Positions 47,133 to 55,463 of a stretch of DNA of 64,000 bases are shown piece after piece. The position numbers were made by a program, and so were the translations under genes. Source of the DNA: Solirubrobacterales bacterium (GTDB lineage: Bacteria > Actinomycetota > Thermoleophilia > Solirubrobacterales > 70-9); assembly GCA_036265715.1 (NCBI GenBank), contig DATAON010000030.1, positions 7,593 through 71,592 of the forward strand, written 5' to 3'. Position 1 is the first letter of the stretch; the number at the start of each line of letters is the position of its first letter. The notes under the pieces are model-generated. The model did no database searches. It had not been told where the DNA came from and saw only the letters and a list, made by a program, of their open reading frames with translations.

Positions 47133-47216
47133 TGCCGGAGGAGGGACTCGAACCCTCAAGCCCGCAAGGGCAATCGATTTTGAGTCGATCGCGTATGCCA
47201 ATTCCGCCACTCCGGC
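47133..47216 (-). tRNA. tRNA-Leu (anticodon CAA)
   Basis: The reverse complement reads GCCGGAG-TG-GCGGAATTGG...ATCGA-CTCAAAA-TCGAT, then a long variable arm, a TTCGAGT T-loop and CTCCGGC-A. Confidence 0.85.
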
Positions 47217-47267
47217 GCCCGCGGGGAGAATAGAGCGAGCGCCAGCGCTCCGGCGCTCCCCGCCCCA

Positions 47268-47273
47268 TAGACT
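47268..47273 (+). promoter_or_regulatory. -10-like TAGACT, 8 nt upstream of GTG 47282 (npdG)
   Basis: Lies within a 24-nt block that is 21/24 identical to 50661-50684. Confidence 0.45.
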
Positions 47274-47281
47274 GCGCGGCC

Positions 47282-47971
47282 GTGCCTGCGGAACCGATCC
47301 CGATCATCGGCGGCACCGGCGCCCTCGGCGCTGGCCTGGCTACTCGCTGGGCTCAGGCCGGGATCCCAATTGTGCTGGGCTCGCGCTCGGCCGAGCGCGC
47401 GGAGGAAGCCGCGGCGAAGATCCGCGCCGCCGTCCCCGGCTCCGACGTCAGCGGGCTCGAGAACGGCGAAGCCGCCGGCAAGGGCGAGGTCGTCTTCCTC
47501 ACCGTCCCCTTCCGCGCCCAGTCGGAGAACCTCAACAACCTGCGCGAGGCCCTGCGGCCCGGCCAGATCCTGGTCGACTGCACGGTCCCGCTGGCCGCCG
47601 CGATCAGCGGCAAAGCGACCCGCTCGATCGGCGTCTGGCAGGGCTCCGCCGCCCAGCAGGCGCAGGAGATGGTGCCCGAGGGCGTCGTCGTCGTCTCCGC
47701 CCTGCACACGGTCGGCGCCCCGACCCTGGCCGATCTCGAGGCCGAGCTCGGCGAGGACGTCCTCGTCTGCGCCGACAAGAAGGCCCACAAGGCGCGCGTC
47801 GCCCGCCTGATCGAGCAGATCCCCGGCCTGCGCGCGGTCAACGCCGGCCCACTGGAGATGGCCCGCATCGTCGAGCAGCTGACCCCGATGCTGATCTCGG
47901 TCAACAGCCGCTACAAGGTCCACGCAGGCATCCGCCTCACCGGCCTGCCCGCCGACGACCACTGGGCCTAG
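47282..47971 (+). CDS. npdG: NADPH-dependent F420 reductase (NpdG/Fno family)
   Basis: IPIIGGTGALG Rossmann N-terminus, family length of 229 aa, adjacent to cofD. Confidence 0.75.
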   Translation: MPAEPIPIIGGTGALGAGLATRWAQAGIPIVLGSRSAERAEEAAAKIRAAVPGSDVSGLENGEAAGKGEVVFLTVPFRAQSENLNNLREALRPGQILVDCTVPLAAAISGKATRSIGVWQGSAAQQAQEMVPEGVVVVSALHTVGAPTLADLEAELGEDVLVCADKKAHKARVARLIEQIPGLRAVNAGPLEMARIVEQLTPMLISVNSRYKVHAGIRLTGLPADDHWA

Positions 47972-47975
47972 CCCG

Positions 47976-48899
47976 ATGGGGGTCGCCCTGCTCGCCGGCG
48001 GCACCGGCGGCGCCAAGCTCGGCGCCGGGATGCAGGAGGAGATCGGCGGCGAGCTGGCGGTGATCGCCAACACCGGCGACGACGTCGAGACGCTCGGCGT
48101 CCACGTCTCCCCCGACCCCGACCTCGTCACCTACTGGCTCAGCGGCGAAATCGACGAGGACCGCGGCTGGGGGATCAAAGACGACACCTTCACCGTCTTC
48201 GAGCGCCTGCAGCGGCTCGGCGCCCCGAGCTGGTTCGGGCTCTCCGACCGCGACCTCGCCGCCTGCCTGTACCGGCGCCAGTTCCTCGAGGAGGGCGGCA
48301 GCCTCACCCACGCCCAGGCGCAGATCGCCCGCGGCCTCGGGGTCGAGGCGCAGGTGCTGCCGATGAGCGACGCGCCGGTGCGGACCAAGGTCCTCACCGA
48401 GGGCGGCCGCCGCGACCTGCAGGAGTACCTGATCCTCGACCAGGGCAAGCCGGCTGTGCTCGGCGTCGAGCTGGAGGGGATCGCCGAGGCGGAGCCGAGC
48501 CGCGAGGTGCTGGACGCGCTGCGCAAGGCCGACGCGATCGTGATCGGCCCCTCCAACCCGGTGATCAGCATCGGCCCGATCCTCGCCGTGCCCGGCATCC
48601 GCGAGGCGATCGCCGCCTCCCCCGCCCCCGTCGTCGCGGTCAGCCCCTATGTCGCCGGCGCCGTCGTCAAGGGCCCGACCGACCGCTTCATGGAAGCGAT
48701 CGGCCGCCCCACCACCGCCGCCGGAGTCGCCTCGCTCTACGCCGGCCTGATCGACGGCATGGTCGTCGACGAGGGCGACCCCGACCCGCCGCCGAGCGAG
48801 ATCCCGACCCTGGCCACGGCGACCCTGATGGAGGGCGCCGGCGGCCGCGCCCGCCTGGCCCGGATCGTGCTCGACTACGCGGAGACGCTGATCGGCTGA
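47976..48899 (+). CDS. cofD: 2-phospho-L-lactate transferase (CofD/FbiA)
   Basis: LAGGTGGAKL N-terminus and the IGPSNPVISIGPIL block. Confidence 0.9.
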   Translation: MGVALLAGGTGGAKLGAGMQEEIGGELAVIANTGDDVETLGVHVSPDPDLVTYWLSGEIDEDRGWGIKDDTFTVFERLQRLGAPSWFGLSDRDLAACLYRRQFLEEGGSLTHAQAQIARGLGVEAQVLPMSDAPVRTKVLTEGGRRDLQEYLILDQGKPAVLGVELEGIAEAEPSREVLDALRKADAIVIGPSNPVISIGPILAVPGIREAIAASPAPVVAVSPYVAGAVVKGPTDRFMEAIGRPTTAAGVASLYAGLIDGMVVDEGDPDPPPSEIPTLATATLMEGAGGRARLARIVLDYAETLIG

Positions 48900-49537
48900 T
48901 GGCGACCGCGATCGTCCCGGTCAAGCGCTTCGACGAGGCCAAGCAGCGGCTCACCGCGGGCTATGAGCCCGAGCGCCGCCGGGCGCTGGTCGGGGCGATG
49001 GTCGCCGACGTGCTGGAGGCGATCGGCCAGGCGCGCAGCGTCGAGCGCACGATCGTCATCACCGGCGACCCGATCGCCCAGGAGCTCGCCGCCGAGGCCG
49101 GTGCCGAGGTGATTCCCGACCCCGGCGACCTCGGCCACGTCGAGGCGACCCAGGCCGGGATCGCCCGCGCCGAGGTCGACGGCTCCGAGTGCGTCGTTCT
49201 GCTCCCCGGCGACTGCCCGCTGCTCGACCCGCGTGAGCTCGACAAGCTGCTGACCGGCGTCCCCGAGCGCTACGTCGCGATCGTCCCCGATCGCCACGGA
49301 ACCGGCACCAACGCGCTGGTCCTGCGCCCGCCGGGCGCGATCGTCCCCGCCTTCGGCGAGGGCAGCTGCGAGCGCCACATCGCCGCCGCCCGCGCGGCCG
49401 GCGTCCCCTTCGGGGTCGAGGAGCTGCCCTCGCTCGGGCTCGACCTCGACACCCCCGCCGACGTCGTCGCCCTGACCACGGCGCTGATGTCCAACCCCGG
49501 CCGCGCCCGCCGCACCGCCAAGGCCCTTGGCATCTGA
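48899..49537 (+). CDS. cofC: Phospholactate/phosphoenolpyruvate guanylyltransferase (CofC/FbiD)
   Basis: AIVPVK N-terminus, LPGDCPLL, DRHGTGTNAL. TGATG junction with cofD. Confidence 0.8.
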   Translation: MATAIVPVKRFDEAKQRLTAGYEPERRRALVGAMVADVLEAIGQARSVERTIVITGDPIAQELAAEAGAEVIPDPGDLGHVEATQAGIARAEVDGSECVVLLPGDCPLLDPRELDKLLTGVPERYVAIVPDRHGTGTNALVLRPPGAIVPAFGEGSCERHIAAARAAGVPFGVEELPSLGLDLDTPADVVALTTALMSNPGRARRTAKALGI

Positions 49538-49549
49538 CTCCCCCAAGTT

Positions 49550-49588
49550 GTGGTTCCTTTTGCACCTCACAGGTAAAAAAGGAACCAC
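49550..49588 (+). promoter_or_regulatory. Hairpin that sequesters the cofE Shine-Dalgarno sequence
   Basis: GTGGTTCCTTTT (49550-61) pairs with AAAAGGAACCAC (49577-88), a perfect 12-bp stem with a 15-nt loop. The right arm contains AAGGAA 8 nt before ATG 49592. Confidence 0.45.
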
Positions 49589-49591
49589 GGG

Positions 49592-50341
49592 ATGAACGAG
49601 CTCGCGGTGTCAGGCATCGAAGCCCTGCCCGAGTTCGGGCCCGGCATGAGCCCTGGCAAAGAGATCGCCGCCCGGGCCGAGCTCGCCGACGGCGACCTGG
49701 TCGTGATCTCGCAGAAGATCGTCTCCAAGGCCGAGGGGCGGCTGCGCAAGCTCTCCTCGGTCATCCCCGGCAGCGAGGCGCGGCGGATCGCCGCCGCGAT
49801 CGGGCGCGAGCCGGCGCTGGTCGAGCTGGTGCTGGAGGAGAGCGCCGAGGTGCTGCGCGCCGACGAGCGCGGGGTGCTGATCGTCGAGACCAGGCACGGC
49901 CTCGTCTGCGCCAACGCCGGCATCGACGCCTCCAACCTGGCTGACGACGACACCGTCTGCCTGCTGCCCGAGGACCCCGACGCCTCCGCCCGCGCGATCC
50001 GCGCCGAGCTAGCCGCCGCCAGCGGCGCACAGCTCGCCGTCGTCATTGCCGACAGCTTCGGCCGCGCCTGGCGACTGGGGCAGGTCGAGGTCGCGATCGG
50101 CTGCGCCGGACTGGCGCCGCTCGACGACTGGCGCGGCCGCCACGACAGCAGCGGGCGCGAGCTGGCGGCGACCCTGATCGCGATCGCCGACGAGGCCGCC
50201 TCGGCCGCGGACCTGGTCCGCGACAAGACGAGCCGGACGCCGGCGGCGGTCGTGCGCGGCCTCGGCCGGTATATCGGTGCCGAGGACGGACCCGGGGCCG
50301 CCGCCCTGCGCCGCCCGCGCGAAGAGGACCTCTTCCGCTAG
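49592..50341 (+). CDS. cofE: Coenzyme F420:L-glutamate ligase, single-domain (CofE type)
   Basis: 249 aa with VVISQKIVSKAEGR and VCANAGIDASN blocks. No C-terminal nitroreductase-like domain. Confidence 0.85.
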   Translation: MNELAVSGIEALPEFGPGMSPGKEIAARAELADGDLVVISQKIVSKAEGRLRKLSSVIPGSEARRIAAAIGREPALVELVLEESAEVLRADERGVLIVETRHGLVCANAGIDASNLADDDTVCLLPEDPDASARAIRAELAAASGAQLAVVIADSFGRAWRLGQVEVAIGCAGLAPLDDWRGRHDSSGRELAATLIAIADEAASAADLVRDKTSRTPAAVVRGLGRYIGAEDGPGAAALRRPREEDLFR

Positions 50342-50363
50342 AGCGACGCCAGCGCTGGGGCTA

Positions 50364-50386
50364 CTTGTCGCCCAGAGGGCGACAAG
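50364..50386. terminator. Bidirectional stem-loop between the convergent cofE and csbD genes
   Basis: CTTGTCGCC (50364-72) - CAGAG - GGCGACAAG (50378-86). No U-tract. Confidence 0.5.
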
Positions 50387-50396
50387 CGCCAACCGG

Positions 50397-50576
50397 TCAG
50401 TCTTTGCGCAGCACGTCCTTGACCTTGTCGGTCAGCTTCTCGATGCCGTCCTTGGCTGCGCCGCCGGCGCGATCGACCTTGCCCTCGTTCTTGAGGTCCT
50501 GATCGCCCGTGAGGCTGCCTGCAGCCTCCTTGACCCGGCCCTTGGCGTCCTCCTTGTTGCGTACCTCGTCACTCAT
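50397..50576 (-). CDS. CsbD-family stress protein
   Basis: KGRVKEAAGSLTGDQDLKNEGKVD CsbD repeat pattern. ATG 50576 is preceded by GGAAGGGAG. Confidence 0.8.
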   Translation of the reverse strand: MSDEVRNKEDAKGRVKEAAGSLTGDQDLKNEGKVDRAGGAAKDGIEKLTDKVKDVLRKD

Positions 50577-50666
50577 ACGGCTCCCTTCCGGTGGCAATTC
50601 CCTTACGAGGCACCCCTACCCGAACCGGCGTGCGCCCAAGCGTGGGATGACGGCCAACCGCCCCCC

Positions 50667-50672
50667 TAGACT
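50667..50672 (+). promoter_or_regulatory. -10-like TAGACT, 8 nt upstream of GTG 50681
   Basis: Lies within a 24-nt block that is 21/24 identical to 47262-47285. Confidence 0.45.
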
Positions 50673-50680
50673 GCGCCGCC

Positions 50681-52004
50681 GTGCACGTACCAGTTGAGAA
50701 CCGAGGCGACGAGGCAAATGAAGTCCTCAGCGAAGACGAGAAGTTCGACGGCGTCATCGTCCACCGCCTCTTCCTCAAGCCGGAGGCCTGGACCCACCGG
50801 CGGGTCGAGTCGGTCGAGATCCTCGATAGCGAATCGATCCATCGGCGAGTCACGCTCGACCTTACGATCGATCCCGAGCTGCCGGGCATCGAGGGTCTCC
50901 CCTTCACGCCCCTCACCTTCCTCAAGAAGGAGGTCCTGCACAATTTTTGACCTGCGCGACCAGGACGGGAGGCCACTCCCGATACTCACCAAACGTGAGA
51001 ACGGCAGGATCGCCGGCAATGCGCTGGTCGTGCTGGCGGAAACCATCCTCGACGGACCCGTGCCGCGAGAAATCGGCCGCAAGCTCAGGTTCGTGGCGAT
51101 CGAAGAACCTCGCCATGCCCGTCTTGAGTTCGAGAGTTGGCTCATCGCGGGCGATCGCTCCGGCGCCGCGGACCCACGCTGGCCAGCGCTCCTCGCGCAG
51201 GAGTCCTTCATCGACTTTGCCAACTCGTTGGTCGACAACTTCACGCTCCTGGCGGCAGATGCCCCCGAGCCCGGCACACGCAAGCTCGTCAAGTTGAGTT
51301 ACGAGGAGCGGTTCGACAACGATGCCGACGGAGCCGACTGGAAGCGACACCTGGTCCGCCTGGGATGGACCAGGTGCAGCGTCGAAATCGACGTTCCGGC
51401 AGTCAGCTTCAGCGAGAGCTATCACCTCGAGGTCGAGGCCCCGGGGGACCTTGAAATCGACGCCGCGCAGATTCGATTCGAGGGGGGCAGCTCAAACTCG
51501 GGCAAACCGCCACGAGGCCCGACCGCCGGGGGTGGAGTCAGGCGGGCCCATCTCTACGCGAGTGGAGTTGCCTCTGAGTTCCAAGGCAAGGCACTCGTCT
51601 TTCTGCGCCGCCGTCGTGATGCGTTCCTCTGGTCGGCGTTTCTAACCGCCCTACTCGTCTCGCTGCTTCTGCTCAGCGGTCGTTTCCGCCTCGGCTACCT
51701 ACTCGGCGACGAGAACACCGACCAGAGCCAGACGGCTGCGGCCCTGCTGCTGATTACCCCCACCTTTCTCGCCGCTTACATTGCGCGGTCGGGAGAGCAC
51801 CTCCTCGCCTCGAAAGTCCTGCTCGGCGTCCGCGCCATGGTCATCGGCGCCGGCTTCTGCGCCGTCGTCGCCGTTTGCGTTCTCACCGCCGGTCTCAGCC
51901 TTTACGCGTCAAAGGTGATTTGGATGGTCCACCTCTGCCTGTCACTCGCGATCACGCTCTGCCTGCTCCTCAGTCTCCTGCTGCCACGTCCGACCCGTGA
52001 GTGA
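50681..52004 (+). pseudogene. Frameshifted (or +1 recoded) gene for an unknown protein with a ~300-aa soluble N-domain and a 4-TM C-terminus
   Basis: Frame A (50681..50950) ends ...LTFLKKEVLHNF-stop inside a T5 run (50944-50948). Frame B continues sensibly from FDLRDQDGRPLPILTK to 52004, but upstream of the T-run frame B is Ser/Arg-rich nonsense. Removing one T gives one continuous ORF of about 440 aa. Confidence 0.55.
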
Positions 52005-52055
52005 TGATCCAGTGAGATGCAGGGCCACTTGGCCTATATTGAGAAGAGGTTTGCG

Positions 52056-52235
52056 ATGGCACAAGTAAGCAAGAAATTCGCCGAGAAAGTCAGCACCTAT
52101 CGAGGTGGAGGGCTGAAGATCGCCTCGGCAGAGGGCGCGGGAATCAGCAGGTCCCAGAAGAGCCTCAAAGAGGGAATCTCACTCTCCGACCGCAGCCTCG
52201 GCAGACTCAAACGTCGGTCCGCTAAACGCGTCTAG
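52056..52235 (+). CDS. Small basic hypothetical protein (59 aa)
   Basis: MAQVSKKFAEKV...RLKRRSAKRV. AAGAGG lies 6 nt upstream of ATG 52056. GC is visibly lower than in the flanks. No family recognised. Confidence 0.3.
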   Translation: MAQVSKKFAEKVSTYRGGGLKIASAEGAGISRSQKSLKEGISLSDRSLGRLKRRSAKRV

Positions 52236-52254
52236 CGGCCGCGCGATCGGCCTT

Positions 52255-54555
52255 TCAAGCGGCCACCGCACCCGCGGGGTACCGCTCCAGGACCTCATAG
52301 AGCGTCGAGCGCTGGGCCGGTTCGCGCCCGGCCGCCCGTGCCGCCTCGATCAGATCCCCGGGCTCCAGCCGCACTCCGTGCTGGGAGCCCGCCATGCGGG
52401 AGATGTTCTCCTCCATCAGGGTGCCGCCGAGGTCGTTGACGCCCCAGCGCAGCGCCTCGGTCGCCCCCTCCAGGCCCATCTTCACCCAGCTCGCCTGCAG
52501 GTTGGTGACGCTCTTGCCCAGCGCCAAGCGGAAGGCAGCGGTGTGCTTGAGGTTCTCCCGCATCGAGATCTCCTCGATCCCGTGGGTGCGGCCAAGCATC
52601 GTGTTGAAGGGGATGAAGCTGAGCGGGACGAACTCGGTGATGCCGCCGGTTCGCTCCTGCAGGCCACGGATCACCGCCATGTGGCGGGCCAGCTCGCGCG
52701 GCTCCTCGATGTGGCCGAACATCACCGTCGAGGTCGAGCGCAGCCCGGCGCGGTGGGAGGCTTCGATGATCTCCACCCAGCGGACAGCGGGCAGCTTGTT
52801 CGGGGAGATCCGCTGGCGCACGCCGTCGTCGAGCACCTCGGCCGCGGTCCCCGGGGTCGAGCCCAGACCGCACTCGAGCAGGTACTCGAAGACCTCCTGC
52901 GGCGGCCGGCCCGACTTCTCGCACATGTAGTCGATCTCCATCGGCGAGTAGGCGTGCAGGTGTAGCTGCGGCGCGGTCTGCTTGGCCAGCCGCAGCCACT
53001 TGCCGTACTCCTCCAGGGTCAGGTCGGGATGGATGCCGCCCTGCATGCAGAGCTCGGTCGCGCCGAAGGCGACCGCTTCCTCGATCCGGGCGGCGAAGTC
53101 GGCCTCCGAGACTTCGTAGGCGTCGGGCGAGCGCTTGCCCTGCCCGAAGCCGCAGAAGGCGCAGCCGACGATGCAGATGTTGGTGAAGTTGATGTTGCGG
53201 TTGATCACGAAGGTGGCGGTCTCGCCCGCCAGCTCGGCGCGCAGCTCGTCGGCGGCAATCCGCATCTCCTCGATCACCTCGGGCCGGGTCTCCGAGAACA
53301 GCGCCGTCAGCTCGTCCTCGCTCAGCGCCCGCCCCTCACGCCCCTTGGCGATCGCCCGCTCGGCGACCCCCGCCGCGAAGCTCTCTTCGCTGACCCGCCC
53401 GGACCCGCGCCGCGGGATGAAGCTCCAGTACTTCAGCTTGATCACGTCCAGAACCCCCTGCTCCATCCACTCCGAGTCCATGTACTGCGGGTAGACGCAG
53501 AGCCGCTCGGTTAGCGCGTATCCCTTCGGCGCCAGCTCCTTGCGCACCTGATGAGGACTCGGGAACGGCTCCTCGGGCGAAATGTGATCTCCGTTGGCGC
53601 TCAGCCCACCAAGGTCCGTGGCCCCGGCTTCAACCAGCTCGGGCCACCAGTCCGAGAGATTCGGTGGCACCTGGACCCCCACGTCCGGCATCAACCGCTT
53701 GCACTCTTGAATCAGCCGCTTGATCTCATCGACTCCGACCGGGTTAGCCCACCCTGGAATCGACGGCGGCGTGCCGGGCAACGGGGATTCCCCCGAGGGA
53801 TACTTTGGGAGCGCACCGGCTTCGCGCTCGGGCTGCGTGCGGGCCGGACGGTCTCCAGCGGGGGAATCCCCGTTGCCCGCCCACCTCGCCCTCGAAGCCT
53901 CGTCGGCAATATCCGCCACCTCGGCGCCGTAGTAGCGCGGATGTGGGACGAAGTTTTGGAGGATGACCTCTTGGATGTGGCCGTAGCGGGAGTGGACGCG
54001 GGCCAGCGCTTCCAGCGATTCGACCCGGGACTCCTCGGACTCGCCGATCCCAACCAGGATCCCGCTCGTGAACGGGATCTTCAGCTCACCGGCGGCTTCG
54101 ATGGTCTCCAGCCGAGCCGCGGGATGCTTCGTGGGTGAACCCGCGTGGACGGTCTCCATCAGTCGCTCGTCGACGGACTCCAGCATCAGACCCTGGGACG
54201 CCGTCACTTCGCGCAGGCGCCCCAGATCTTCGCGGCTGAGGACGCCCAGGTTGGTGTGCGGGAGCATGCCGCGCTCCAGCGCCCGCTCGCAGGCCCAGAC
54301 GACGTAACTCGTGAAGTCCTCGTGGCCCCAGGCCGCCAGTCGCTCGGCCACCACCGGGTTGACCTCCGGCTTCTCGCCGGTAAGCACCAGCAGCTCCTTG
54401 GCGTTGCGGCGGAGCGCGGTGTCGAGGATCTCTTCGACCTCGGCCGGCGCGTGGACGTGCGCCTGGTGCGTCGCGAAGGCGCAGTACTTGCAGTAGCACT
54501 GGCAGGTGCGCGACAGCGAGAGCGTGAAATTCCGCGAGAAAGTGACCCGACGCAC
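52255..54555 (-). CDS. fbiC: FO synthase, fused CofG/CofH (FbiC)
   Basis: Two radical-SAM CxxxCxxC motifs (CQCYCKYC near the N-terminus, CIVGCAFC mid-protein). 766 aa. Confidence 0.95.
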   Translation of the reverse strand: MRRVTFSRNFTLSLSRTCQCYCKYCAFATHQAHVHAPAEVEEILDTALRRNAKELLVLTGEKPEVNPVVAERLAAWGHEDFTSYVVWACERALERGMLPHTNLGVLSREDLGRLREVTASQGLMLESVDERLMETVHAGSPTKHPAARLETIEAAGELKIPFTSGILVGIGESEESRVESLEALARVHSRYGHIQEVILQNFVPHPRYYGAEVADIADEASRARWAGNGDSPAGDRPARTQPEREAGALPKYPSGESPLPGTPPSIPGWANPVGVDEIKRLIQECKRLMPDVGVQVPPNLSDWWPELVEAGATDLGGLSANGDHISPEEPFPSPHQVRKELAPKGYALTERLCVYPQYMDSEWMEQGVLDVIKLKYWSFIPRRGSGRVSEESFAAGVAERAIAKGREGRALSEDELTALFSETRPEVIEEMRIAADELRAELAGETATFVINRNINFTNICIVGCAFCGFGQGKRSPDAYEVSEADFAARIEEAVAFGATELCMQGGIHPDLTLEEYGKWLRLAKQTAPQLHLHAYSPMEIDYMCEKSGRPPQEVFEYLLECGLGSTPGTAAEVLDDGVRQRISPNKLPAVRWVEIIEASHRAGLRSTSTVMFGHIEEPRELARHMAVIRGLQERTGGITEFVPLSFIPFNTMLGRTHGIEEISMRENLKHTAAFRLALGKSVTNLQASWVKMGLEGATEALRWGVNDLGGTLMEENISRMAGSQHGVRLEPGDLIEAARAAGREPAQRSTLYEVLERYPAGAVAA

Positions 54556-54618
54556 CCGCCGGAAGCTACCGCACGCGCCGCATGGGCCGGCGCGTGCGGA
54601 ACTCCGTGCTGCTGAGTT

Positions 54619-55386
54619 CTACGAGGCTTTGGCGGCGCTGCCCCGACCGGGGGTGGCTTCGCCTTTGACCCGCTGCGGCGGCTCGCTCGGTGCGCGACCC
54701 GGGGCCTCGATGACGAAGCGCCAGACGACTACCGCCAGCAGGGCGCCGAGGACCGGGCCAACCAGGTAGGGCCAGACGCCGCCCCACTCGTTGCTGACCA
54801 GCGCCGCGCCGAACCAACGGGCGGGGTTGAAGCAGGCCCCGGTCAGCGGGCCGCCGACCATGACCATGAAGACGAAGGTGGTGCCGATCGCCAGCGGGCC
54901 CCAGTCCTTCATGCTCTTTTTCGAGAAGACGACGGCGAGGATCACGAGGACCAGCGCGAAGACGCCGATGCCCTCGACGATCGTGCCCGCGAAGTTGCCG
55001 CTGAGCAGGGAGCTGACTTCGCCAGCGCCGTAGTTGGTGGCGCGCCCCTCGTCCTCGAGCAGGCCCTTGGTCAGCAGGGCACCGAGGACGGCGCCGGAGA
55101 GCTGGGCGAGGATGTAGATCACCGCGTCGAGCGGACTGATGCGGCGGATCGTCGCCGCGGCCAGGGTGACGGCCGGGTTGAAATGGCCGCCGCTGACGGC
55201 GCCGAACATCACGATCACGCCGAAGAGCGTTAGGCCCTGGACGAAGCCGACGACTGCCATGTCGGTCCCGAACTGAGCTTGGCTGCCCGTTGACACGTAC
55301 AGCGTTACAACGCTGGTGATGAAGAAGACCAGCAAAAACGTGCCGATCAACTCAGCCAGGTATGCGGACAGCCCTCTCTCCTGCAC
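54619..55386 (-). CDS. aqpZ: MIP-family aquaporin
   Basis: Two NPA boxes (HFNPAVT, CFNPARW). GAGGAGGAGG lies upstream of the start. Confidence 0.9.
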   Translation of the reverse strand: MQERGLSAYLAELIGTFLLVFFITSVVTLYVSTGSQAQFGTDMAVVGFVQGLTLFGVIVMFGAVSGGHFNPAVTLAAATIRRISPLDAVIYILAQLSGAVLGALLTKGLLEDEGRATNYGAGEVSSLLSGNFAGTIVEGIGVFALVLVILAVVFSKKSMKDWGPLAIGTTFVFMVMVGGPLTGACFNPARWFGAALVSNEWGGVWPYLVGPVLGALLAVVVWRFVIEAPGRAPSEPPQRVKGEATPGRGSAAKAS

Positions 55387-55463
55387 TTTGCCTCCTCCTC
55401 GCGGGTCAGTAAAACCGCGGGCAGTCTACCCACATTTGCTCAATGAAATAGGTTCGAAGCAGA

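Noticed and set aside
46277-47216. The tRNA-Trp / tRNA-Leu / tRNA-Leu cluster as a possible genomic-island integration site.
   Set aside because: I see no integrase, excisionase or phage genes, and no direct repeat of a tRNA 3' end nearby. The flanking genes have ordinary composition.
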